From Octopus sinensis (lineage: Eukaryota): a stretch of DNA of 64,000 nt. The notes below the pieces were generated by a model, which saw only the letters and a program-made list of their open reading frames with translations, was not told the origin of the DNA and made no database searches. The stretch covers positions 14,570,001 to 14,634,000 of the forward strand of contig NC_043016.1 in NCBI RefSeq assembly GCF_006345805.1, written 5' to 3'. Made by a program: the position numbers and the translations under genes. This document shows positions 11,224-22,624 of this stretch, in pieces (within the stretch, counting starts at the first letter, position 1; each line of letters begins with the position of its first letter).

Positions 11224-11397
11224 ACTACTTCATCATACATACATACATACATACATACAATAACAGTTTTGAAATTTGTCGTATTGACAATAAACAAAAC
11301 ATAGTTAAATAAAAAGTGTGTTTCCACTATTTTGCCCAACCCCTACATCTATCTATCTATTTGTCTGTCCATATGTCTATATATATATATGTGTATG

Positions 11398-11474
<77 letters not shown>

Positions 11475-11529
11475 GTGTTGTGGTGTGGTGTGTGTGTGTA
11501 TGTATGTACGTATGTATGTATGTATGTAT

Positions 11530-11729
11530 ATCTAGCTGTAGAAACACTGCTAGATCTGACTGGCCTGGTGCAGCCTTCGGGCTTCCCAGACCCCAGTTGA
11601 CTGTCCAACCCATGCTAGCATGGAAAGCGGACGTTAAACGATGATGATGATATATATTAATATATATACACACACACACACATACATATGTACATACATC
11701 ATACATACATACATACATGCAGTCATACA

Positions 11730-11773
<44 letters not shown>

Positions 11774-11802
11774 TGCATACATATATATATATACATGCAT
11801 AC

Positions 11803-11881
<79 letters not shown>

Positions 11882-12395
11882 CAGGGTGGCAAAGAGCACC
11901 GTACGAGTGTGATCATTGACAAACCGGCTAACCGGCTTCCATGCCAGTGGTACTTAAAAGGCACCATTCGAGCGTGATCGTTACCAGCGTCGCACTACTG
12001 GCACTCGAGCCTTGTGCTAGTAGGGTATTAAGAGTACCATCTGAGCGTGATCATTGCCAGAGTGGCTATATGGCCTCCGTGCTGGTGGCACGTAAAAAAC
12101 ACCATTCGAGCAGGATCATTACCAACGTCACTTCACTGGCACCTGTGCTGGTGGCACGTGTAAAAAGATTTGGGCGAGGTCGTTGCCAGTGCCACCTGAC
12201 TGGCCCCGTGCTGGTGGCACGTAAAAGCACCCACCACATTCTCAGAGTGGTTGGTATTAGGAAGGGCATCCCGCTGTAGAAACTGTCAGATCAGATTGGA
12301 GCTTGGTGCAGCCATCTGGTTTGCCAGACCTCAGTCAAAATCGTTCAACCCATGCTAGCATGGAAAGCGGACGTTAAATGAGGATGTTGATGATA
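11530..12395 (+). mobile_element. Two family P 3' ends (11530-11648 and 11885-12395) separated by (TA)n
   Basis: Repeat units with ggtggcacgtaaaa..cacc, the ggtattaggaagggcatcc tail and (GAT)n. Confidence 0.85.
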
Positions 12396-12396
12396 T

Positions 12397-12456
<60 letters not shown>

Positions 12457-12619
12457 GAGGGGTTACTACATGTGTTTGTGTCTCTTTCCTGCCTCTGCTT
12501 CTCCTTTTCCCTTTCTACCAAATCACTTGGCTTTCTCCCTCTCTTTTAAACTTTTCTCCTATTTTGCTTTTGTTGTTCATTTATTTCTCAATTTTATTCG
12601 TTTATTTATTTATTTATCA

Positions 12620-12985
12620 TTTATCTTTTACTTATTTCAGTCATTAGACTTTGGCCATGCTTGGGCATTCTCCTTGAGGAATTTTGAATGAACCAATCGA
12701 CCTCATTACTCACTTCTTTTAAGCCTGGTATGCATTCTGTCAGTCTCTTTTGCTGAACTGCTAAGTTTTGAGGAAATAAACACACCAGCATTAGTTGTGA
12801 AATGTTAGGGAACCAAGACACACATGCATGTATAGGCCAGGCTTCTTTCAGTTTCCATCTGCCAAATACACTTACAAGACTTTGGTTAGCCAAGGCTAAA
12901 GTAGAAGACACTTGCCCAAGATACCATGCAGTGGGACTGAACCCAACCCTCTATGGCTGGGAAGCAAACTTCTTATCACAACCAT

Positions 12986-13017
<32 letters not shown>

Positions 13018-13245
13018 TCTTTAATTTATCTTTCTTTTCTTTTATTTGCTTCAGTCATTTGACAGTGGCCATGCTGGGGCATCGCCTTTAGTTGAGCAAA
13101 TCGACCCCTGGACTTATTCTTTGTAAGCCTAGTGCTTATTCTATCGATCTCTTTTGCCAAACCGCTAAGTTATGGGGATGTAAACACACCAGCATCAGTT
13201 GTTAAGTGATGTTGGGGGGAACAAACACAGACACATGAACACATA
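12620..13245 (-). mobile_element. Two SINE family A copies
   Basis: Reverse complements of family A tail (tttcagtcatttgac..ggccatgctgg) and head (gcttctttcagtttcc..gacacttgcccaag). Confidence 0.85.
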
Positions 13246-13258
13246 CATACATACATAC

Positions 13259-13641
13259 AGTGGAAGCACTCCGTCGGTTACGACGACGAGGGTTCCAGTT
13301 GATCCGAATCAACGGAACAGCCTGCTCATGAAATTAACGTGTAAGTGGCTGAGCACTCCACAGACACGTGCACCCTTAACGTAGTTCTAGGGGATATTCA
13401 GCGTGACACAGAGAGTGACAAGGCCGGCCCCTTGAAATACAGGTGGAACAGAAACAGGAAGTAAGAGTGAGAGAAAGTTGTGAAAGAGTACAGCAGGGAT
13501 CACCACCATCCTCTGCCGGAGCCTCGTGGAGCTTTAGGTGTTTTCGCTCAATAAACACTCACAACGCCCGGTCTGGGAATCGAAACCGCGATCCTATGAT
13601 CGCAAGTCCGCTGCCCTTACCACTGGGCCATTGCGCTCCAC
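13259..13641 (-). mobile_element. tRNA-derived SINE family B, full length
   Basis: Head gagcgcaatggcccagtggtaaggg...ggtttcgattcccag (A/B-box-like); same body at 57016-57350 and 60885-61180. Confidence 0.9.
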
Positions 13642-13674
13642 ATACATACATACATACATACATACATACATACA

Positions 13675-13720
<46 letters not shown>

Positions 13721-13841
13721 GTACATATATATATATACACATATATATATGTATGTATAATATGTATATATATATGATATATATGTATATATATATGTAT
13801 ATATATATATGTATATTATATATATATATATATTATATATG

Positions 13842-13902
<61 letters not shown>

Positions 13903-13917
13903 TACATACATACATAT

Positions 13918-13959
<42 letters not shown>

Positions 13960-16189
13960 TATATATAATATATATATATAATATATTATATATATATATA
14001 TAATATATATACATATATATACATATATATATATATTAAATGGCGGTGCATCAGCATGGCCAGCCCTGAGCTGAAACTAGAGAAAAAAAGAACGTATGTA
14101 TGTATGTATGTATGTAGTATGTATGTATATGTATATAATTATATATATATATATATATTTATACGACAGGCTTCTTTCAGTTTCTATCTACTAAATTTAC
14201 TCACAAGAAAGACACTTGTCCAAGGTGCCATGCAGTGGAACTGAACCCGGGACCATGCGGTTGGTAAGCAAGCTTTATTTCTCAGTCTCACTTTCACTGA
14301 TCCCCCTTTTTTCTCACTGATAATCTTTTGATTCATAATTGCATAAACTTTCCATTGTATCTGTCTGTCTTTTCAATGTTATCCTCACCACTCATTTCAT
14401 GCTTTCCCAACTCCATTATCTTCCCTGAGACTTCTATTCATAATAGCAAGTAAAAGAACTTACAGATTTCGTGACACAACCTATTTCATTTTATCAAAAG
14501 TTGTTTGTTTGCTGAAACACGGTGTTCTTTTCCTTTTAGCCTTTTCTTTTTTTTTTTCTGTTGCTACTAGTCAAACCTGTTGTTCGGGCCGATGACTACA
14601 TTACTATCAAATAGCTGTTCTTCTTTGAAAATAAACAAAAACAACATAGTTCTAGCCTTAGCTTTTAAAAATAATTTCTAATCGGGCATCATATTTTAGA
14701 AGAATGGTTGTATAGATTTAATAACACAGTTACATAATTGAAATTAAATGACATTCTGCTAGAATTGAAGCTCGTTTGAAGACAGGACTGACTTGTATTT
14801 TCTTCTATTCAACAGGGTTCATAATAAAGATTAAATAATTTTTAAAAAATAATTTAGTCATAAGATATATTAAACTATATCTATTCAATGCTTGAGAGTT
14901 TGGATGTTTTGGGGATGTACCTTAGGCAACACTGATCACAAATCCATTCTGGTTGGGCTGCTAGTTCATGTCAAGGGCTTCAGTTATGGATCAAACTGTA
15001 GAAGACAGCCTTGTAGATAAGGCATACAGAACTTGTCGGAGGGCTGATCACTAGACATGTATTAGACAGACCCGATACAGTGTGGATAAACCTGTAAGTC
15101 ATGTAAACTAGTCCCCTGTTTAAGGATTAAATAAACCTGAAGCCTAAGCTAAATAAAGTAGGGAAATAGCTAGGCAAACTATAAACCAACAGAAGATAAC
15201 AAAAGCCATTGATGCATTTTTTTCAAGAAAACTCAAATTCGTATGTACAGGCATGGTTGTGTGGTAAGAAGTGCATTAACTGGATTTGACCCTGCATTTT
15301 GCCACATAGCAATCATAATTTGATTATGTGTGCAAATCTGATTGTTGTCCAATCAATGGCTGTTGACCACATGCTAGTTTGGTGGCATAACAAGAACCAT
15401 CTATGAACACAACCTACAAATACAGCTCAATTGAGCACCAAACCTCCAGTGTGATTCAGTTCCTGCTGGCCTTCACTCTCCATACATTGCTGTTTTTCAT
15501 AGCTACATATTCAACCTGGAGCAATTGAAGAAGAAAACAGATCATGGCAACAAGAATACATACTGATGTGCAAAAGTTATCCCAGATGTTGAATTTCTAA
15601 CAAGGATTTTGTGCACTTATCAGCTGAATATTCTTTTTCTTGTACTGTGAGAAAAACCTTCTATATTAATGTTTCGATAAATTATGTTCATAAACATAAA
15701 TCAGCCTTCCCATCTTTGCTACAGAAGCTTGCTTCCCAGTATATATAGTTGGGGTTTCAGTCCCAGTACTTGGCAGCTTGGGGAAGTGTCTTTCATTATA
15801 TCTTCAGGCTGACCAAAGCCTTGTGGATTTGGTAGGCAGAAACTGAAAGAAGCTCATCACTTGCTTGCGGGCATACATACATACATACATACATACATAC
15901 ATACATACATACATACATACATACATACATACATACATACAAACATGCATGCATGCATACATGCATACATACATACATACATACATACATACAAACATGC
16001 ATGCATAAATACATACATGCATGCATGCATACATGCATACATACATGCATACATACATACATACATACATACATACATGCATGCATACATTCGTATACAC
16101 ATACATACATACATACATACACACACTCACACACACACACATACCGGTCAATTGAAGCTTAGAATGTGTCACATGACAGTTACTCGGCA

Positions 16190-16560
16190 CTGGCTGCTGG
16201 AGCCTACCTGTGAGTATTTAGAGGAAAATTTGGCAGGGTGGCCATTTGCCTGCTGACATTTGCTCCTTCCATGTTCATCCTCCCTTTGTTGAAGCAGGTC
16301 TTCTTGGAGGCATGCAGTATCTCTGTTGAGATGACCTGCATATGTTGTGTTTGGATAACCTTCAAGTGTATGACCATGCTTTGGGACTCATAACAGTATG
16401 TCACTTGCCTTCCTTTGGGCACAGAGTCGGCTGATAGGGAACAGCCTGTAGATATACAGGTTAGTTGTGAATACTCAATCAGCTGTCCTGGACAAAGTCA
16501 TGACTTACCCTTTGACAAAGCATGGCATCCATCAGTCACACTGCAAGTGGAAATGCCACT
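16190..16560 (-). mobile_element. Old RTE-type RT C-terminal relic
   Basis: Degenerate PKHGHTLEGYPNTTYAGHLNRDT..LQEDL resembles RTE-type C-termini; many stops. Confidence 0.45.
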
Positions 16561-16740
16561 ATCATTGGACATGAGGATGGGTATAGGGAAGGGAATGCAA
16601 GACATAAAAAATGGTTTGTCTTTGGATTTCTTCCCACTTTACAGGACAAATTACCCTTTTGTGAAACTTGGTCTGAGAAATCTGTTAAATTTGACTGCAT
16701 TGCAATTGTCTCTCTCACTCTCTCTTTCTCTCTCACTTAT

Positions 16741-16780
<40 letters not shown>

Positions 16781-16880
16781 TAATATATTATTATATATAT
16801 ATATATCATCATCATTTAGCGTCCGTTCTCCATACTAGCATGGGTTGGACGGTTCAACTGGGGTCTGTGAAGCTGGAAGG

Positions 16881-16942
<62 letters not shown>

Positions 16943-16971
16943 GTATGTGTATATATATATATATATGTATG

Positions 16972-17435
16972 TACCTTATTAGAATGGAGGATAGAAGGAT
17001 TCCTAAGCAGATGCTCTATGGAGAACTTGTGAATGGAAGGAGACTCCGGCAGAAACCAAGGCTGCGATTTAAGGACTGTGTCAAGTCCTCATTAAAGGCT
17101 TTTGATATGCGGGACACTGACTGGGAGAACAATGCCTGTCATCGCCACAGATGGAGGAAGCAGGTTAAGGAGGGGATCGACACCTTTGAGAGAGCACGTA
17201 TCCACCATGAAGAACTTAAGTGAGCTGCGCGAAAGCGCACGGCTAGTATAGTGAATGGGGAAAGCTTGGTCTGCAATGTTTGCAGTCGTGTATGCTTGTT
17301 AAGAGCAGGGCTCATTAGCCACCAACGGAGCCGTAAATGCAAAATATAAGTTAGTCCTAGAGCGCACAATGTTCCTGAAGGGTCGGCAATGGTCTTCCTC
17401 GGTCACAAGTGGACGGCCATCATGTATGTATGTAT
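16972..17435 (+). mobile_element. 5'-truncated copy of RTE-B family 3' end
   Basis: IRMEDRRIPKQMLYGELVNGRR...; roughly 94% identical to 22640-23070 in opposite orientation; ends ggacggccatca(tgta)n. Confidence 0.93.
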
Positions 17436-18689
17436 AGTACTCAGAATACAGTTTAGATGCTACATTTTAAATTTCAAATCAAAACTTTAATTATAACTTA
17501 TATACATACGAGCATACCCGTGTCAGGAAAAAAGCCCACAGATTTATTAATGATAGAAAATAGCACATCAATACAATGGGGAGTCCATTAATATTAATAA
17601 ATGTCAGCAATTTAGTAAATAAACGTGCATTCGCAGAATTGAAGCACTTGCAAAATCAGATGTGATTGTAATGTTTCAATCAAAAATATCACCCACATAA
17701 TGTATGTTTGTGTATACACATACACACACACATACACATATGTACACATATACATATATATACACGCGCGGGCATGGCTGTGTGGTTAGGGAGCTTGCTT
17801 CCTAGCTACATGGTTTCGGGTTCAGTCCCACTGCGTGGTCCCGAGCCAACCGAAGCTTTGTGATTGAATTCGGTAGGCGGGAGTTACTGCCATGTGTGTA
17901 TGTGTGCGTATAGCTGCTAAGTGCCTCTCCGAAAGAGAGAGAGAGGGTCACATATATCTATACACCCTCCCGCACAAACACACACACAGATACTTATTTT
18001 ATCAACATATCAACATATCTTTTCTCCCTTGCTCTTTCTTTCTTTCTCTCTTTCTCTCTCTCTTTCTCTCTCTCTTGCTCTCTCTCTATATATATATATA
18101 TATATTCACATATATATATAATTGTTTCATTTGTTCATTCATGCATTAACCCCGTAATACTAACATGTACTATTCCTTAAAACATTACTTTTGTCGCCCT
18201 GTTTCATAATGTTTTCGTTATTGTTCTCCAGTAAAAATGGCCGTTGCTTGTCTATAATTCGCCCACCCTCTCCCACTCCCACCACCTATACCAGAAATCT
18301 ATCCTCAATACCAGAAAACTCCTATGGGACTCAGCCTAGCTTCTGTACCTGAAGACATGTATACCTTTGTCCATCCTCCCCCACCACCAGCAATCGCCCA
18401 CACTACTACTGCATGCACCAAAAGGTGATGTGTTACTTTGTAAAATATTAGTAAATTAACCACACACACACACACACACACACATATTATATATAATATA
18501 TAATATATATATATATATATATATGCTTACATTACACTCACCCCCAATAGGGACAACAATTTTAGCATGTTTGAAAGATGAAAGATTAAAGTGAGAACAA
18601 CTGATGTGATACGTCTGTTATGAAGCGACCACTGAAACCTTCTTTTCATGTGCTGAATACCATCACTCTTTCCCGTGTTCCCTTCTACA

Positions 18690-19198
18690 TCTCTTTCCTA
18701 GTTTTCAGAGTTGGCACTGTCAATGTAGACACATTGAACGGTATGTCTAGCAAGATTGTTAAGATGCTTGAATGGAGGTGTGTTGATGTATGCTGCATCC
18801 AAGAGGTAAGGTGGAGAGGGGCTTCAGCCAAGTTCCTCACAGGCAACACACATAGGTATAAAATCTTCTGGAAAGGTAACAGCGATGGGGTTGTTGGGTT
18901 GGGCATACTTCTTGCTGAGAAATGAGTGGATAAGGACATAGAGGTAGTCAGAGTGTGCAACAGAGTACTTAAGTTCAGGCTGGTCTTGCAGAATAGTATA
19001 GCTACAATTATCTCTGCCTACGCCCCACAAGCGGGCCTACCAAATGAACAGAGGGACCACTTTTATGGCATTCTTCAGCAGGCTACCTCAAAGATGAGTG
19101 ACAATGATCTCATCTTCATGGCTGGGGATGTCGGATGGCAGACTGGTATTCTCTATGGTGTCCATGGGGGCTATGGAATTGGTCCCTGAAATGAAGAG
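18690..19198 (+). mobile_element. APE endonuclease fragment of an RTE-like LINE
   Basis: RVGTVNVDTLNG...VDVCCIQEVRWRG...IISAYAPQAG...FMAGD. Confidence 0.85.
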
Positions 19199-19490
19199 GG
19201 ACTTTTTCCTCTTTCCAAAAATCAAATCCCGCTTGAAATGAAGATTTCAGGATGTCGAGGTAATCACAGTGAAAACGACAAGGCGCTGCTGATTATCTCA
19301 GAAAACGAGTTCCAGGAATTCTTCCATCAATGGAGACAGTGCTGGATTAAGTGTGTGGCTTCCGAAGAGGACTACTATTGAAGGAGATTAAATGCCAAAT
19401 TGGTACATGTTGTAGTTTTGATTTTATAGCAGCAGTCTGGATACTTATTGATCAGACCTCATAAATACATACATACACACATATATGTAT
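19199..19490 (+). mobile_element. Mariner transposase C-terminal fragment with right end
   Basis: DFFLFPKIKSRLK...EFQEFFHQWRQCWIKCV...EGD* and terminal gatcagacctcata. Confidence 0.75.
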
Positions 19491-19608
19491 GTATGTATGA
19501 ATGTATGTATGCATGTATATATATATATATATGACCATACCAGCACAGTTGTCTCTCTTACATACCACATCTGATGCTTCTTAGGTCCAGCCTTTCTCTC
19601 AAGGCACT

Positions 19609-20485
19609 CGACAGAGTGTTAGTGCTTTGAGAGAAAGGTTGGACCTAAGAAGCACCAGATGTGATGTGCAAGAAAGACGACTGCGCAGATATGGTCATTC
19701 AGCGAGAATGGATGTGGATAGCTGTGTGAAAAAGAGCCACACCCTAGCAGTTGAGGGAATCTGTGGAAGAGGTAGACTCAGGAAGACCTCAGATGAGTTG
19801 GTGAAGCACAACCTTCAAACATTGGGTCTCACTGAGGCAATGACCAGTGACTGGGACCTCTGGAAATATGCTGTGCTTGAGAAAACTGAGACCATAACCT
19901 TGTGGCCTATGCCAGCGGGGTAACCAGTTCACTTATGCGTGCCTTTCTTCATTGGACACTAAACTCTGCTTGCGAAAACTTGTTGAGGCAAGTGAAATCG
20001 AAATCAAAATCAAACTCGGTGACTGGCATCTGTTGCTAGTGAAGCGCTAAGAGTACCATACGAGTGAGATCGTTGCCAGAGCAACAAGCTAGCCTTCGTG
20101 CAGATGGCACATTAAAAACACCATTCGAGCATGATCATTACCTGCATTGCCTTACTAGCACTTGTGCTGGGTGGCACGGGAAAAAAAACATTTGAGCAAG
20201 ATTGTTGCCAGTGCTGCTGGACTGGCACCCGTGCAGGTGGCACATAAAAAGCACCATTTGAGTGTGGCCATTGCCAGTACCACCTAATTGGCCCATGTGT
20301 CGGTGGCTCGTAAAAGCACCCACTACACTCTCTTAGTGGTTGGTGTTAAGAAGGGCATCCAGCTGTAGAAACTCTGCCAGATCAGATTGGAGTCTGGTTT
20401 GCCAGACCTCAATCAAATCGACCAACCCATGCTAGCATAGAAAGTGAACAATGTTAAACAATGATGATGATGATGATGATGATGA
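19609..20485 (+). mobile_element. Family P LINE 3' part with repeat array and (GAT)n tail
   Basis: RERLDLRSTRCDVQERRLRRYGH...; four repeat units; aagaagggcatccagctgtagaaac tail. Confidence 0.9.
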
Positions 20486-20489
20486 TATA

Positions 20490-20945
20490 TATATATATAT
20501 ATGTATATAACTAATGTAGGATAAAATTTTTTTTGGGGAAAAAATTTTTATCAATAGCCAGCATATCAAAAAATACCTTTAAAGGTTGAATTTATAAAAT
20601 AATTTACAAAATAAGGGCAAAAGAAAAATTCTAATGCCAAATATGCCGAGAAAAAGACAAAAATTGTTAATAACCATTATAATTTATGTCTCGAAACAAA
20701 CCGATAGAAATTTCTAAAAAATCTGTTATTACCGTATTGGTCCCAATTTCGGGGTTAATTCATAAGAATTTTCCCCTCTTCAGCGATAAATACGTGAGAT
20801 ATAAGTTAAATACTTACTCATACCCATGGAAAAAGCAAGCCCTAAGTCCTGAGCAGACCTAAGTACCCCAAATATATCCAAAATAGAAAATTTTCGGCAC
20901 ATCTCGAGACACGTGTGATTCAAACTAGAAACTTTCACAGAGTGT
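20490..20945 (-). mobile_element. Hammerhead-bearing non-coding element (Penelope-like pLTR or retrozyme-like)
   Basis: About 450 bp non-coding unit bounded by (CA)n and (TA)n microsatellites and containing the hammerhead; class assignment is inference. Confidence 0.5.
20721..20800 (-). ncRNA. Type I hammerhead ribozyme
   Basis: Minus strand: stem I TTATCG / CGGTAA; core CTGAAGA (20783-20777); stem II GGGG..AATTC-TTAT-GAATT..CCCC; GAAA (20750-20747); stem III ATTG/CAAT; cleavage triplet AUA (cut between 20735 and 20734). Folded by hand. Confidence 0.85.
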
Positions 20946-20966
20946 GTATGTATATACTCACATGTG

Positions 20967-21048
<82 letters not shown>

Positions 21049-21129
21049 ATGTGTACACTGACACACACTGACACACACATAGAAAGTGAGCCAGGTGGAA
21101 GAGGGGCTATAGTCGTTCTACTTTTATAC

Positions 21130-21800
21130 TTACCATGAAAAGAAAAATCTGTGGAAATTTTAAAGTTTAGTGAAAATATTAAAATTTGGTGTATTGATGT
21201 ATTTTCCATGCTGAATCTCAGGGGATAATTCACTTTTTCCTGAAATAAAAAAAAAAAAAAGCTATAGCGGTTTAAAATTTGATCATTTTTACCCTGTAGA
21301 AAACAGAATTTGGAAGCTGTCATTTTGTGTGTGACAGCATATGTTGTCAAATGTAAACAAGTGAAACATTGGTGGAATTCTGTTCTATGCATGCCATATA
21401 ATCCCTCATTGTAAATTTATATTCTACACATAGGAATGTATACAATTATGCAAAAAGCAAACAGAAAAACAATTTTGGTGCTTGATTTAAGGCCTATTTA
21501 GCTGTTACTTTTATGACTACCTCTTATGTGTTTTAGCATTTAATAAGTGAAAAATGACAACATGGATAAGCAACTTCATAACAGCCTGACTTTTTATTAT
21601 AGAAATAGGTACCTATATTTTGTCTGTAGCTTTCAATTGGCTAAAGTTACTCAAAATTTGTAAACTTTAAGAGCTATTAACTATATATTTATTGATTTAT
21701 GGCAAAAATGAATTCCCTGTCAATGATTACCAAACAAAACTATACCAATATGCCAAATATGAAATCACTTGGAAGAAAACTGAAGAAATTGAAAAGTGAG
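21130..21800 (+). repeat. Interspersed AT-rich repeat (probable non-autonomous DNA transposon); inverted homolog at about 46620-47350
   Basis: Shared blocks aaagtt.agtgaaaat..aaatttgg, ggtttaaa.tttgatcatttt, aaacagaatttgg.agctgtca, atttaaggcctatttagctgtta. Confidence 0.65.
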
Positions 21801-22624
21801 AGCCAAACAGAAAAGAGTTGCCCCCATTGCTTTCTTGTTTTTGTTTGCCAAAACTTTATTGTGACTTTATTATGAATTCCCATGTTCTTTTGTGCTTTAA
21901 TCCAAAATTGAAATGAACACTGATTTTTCTATGTGATTGGCTTGAAGAATTGCTGAGATATTTTTTTAAACATGAAACCAATGGCAGCAACAATACACAA
22001 ATAAAGAATCTTTATCCATCAATGCAGTGTTGAACACTCATTGTTTGAATTTATGTGCGCGCACACACACACACACAATGTACTGTTCCATGAGAGATAA
22101 GTATTATTTATTTAAAGGACACAATACATGTCTTTAAGTGCTACTAATAGTTTCATGTGTCGAGGAATATCTGAAACATATTCTTTAGGCATAAACCACA
22201 TATCAGAATAAACTAAAAAAAATTGAATAAGAGAAGAAACATGAAAAAAAACTGAGAAGGCAACATATAGAAAATGTGGAAGTTTAAAAACAGAAAACGA
22301 AAACATAAAAACTAAATTGTAAACAGTAAAAAGGTAAAAGAGTTATATACATAAGTAGGAAAACAGACAAATCATAAATAAGAGGTGCAGCTGTATCTTG
22401 TGAAGATTAACAGATAAAGTAGTCTTTACATGTTGCAAGTACATTAAACACCAGGAAAGTACAGAAAATAGACTCCCTTAAGTGTCAGGAGTCCTTAGAA
22501 GTTGTAAACAGTTTCCATTACTTAGGTGACCAAGTTAGTAGTGGTGGGGGATGCTCTGAAAGCATAGCTGCTAGAATATGAATAGGTTAGGCAAAGTTCA
22601 AAGAGCTAATACTTCTATAAGATG

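Noticed and set aside
11318-14014. Long YI/HT/CV-rich ORFs (also at 15.8-16.2 kb and 40-43 kb)
   Set aside because: Translations of (TA)n, (CA)n and (CATA)n microsatellites.
15300-15620. Very old RTE endonuclease relic on minus
   Set aside because: Only faint similarity (HNQI.D-like); too degenerate to support as a feature.
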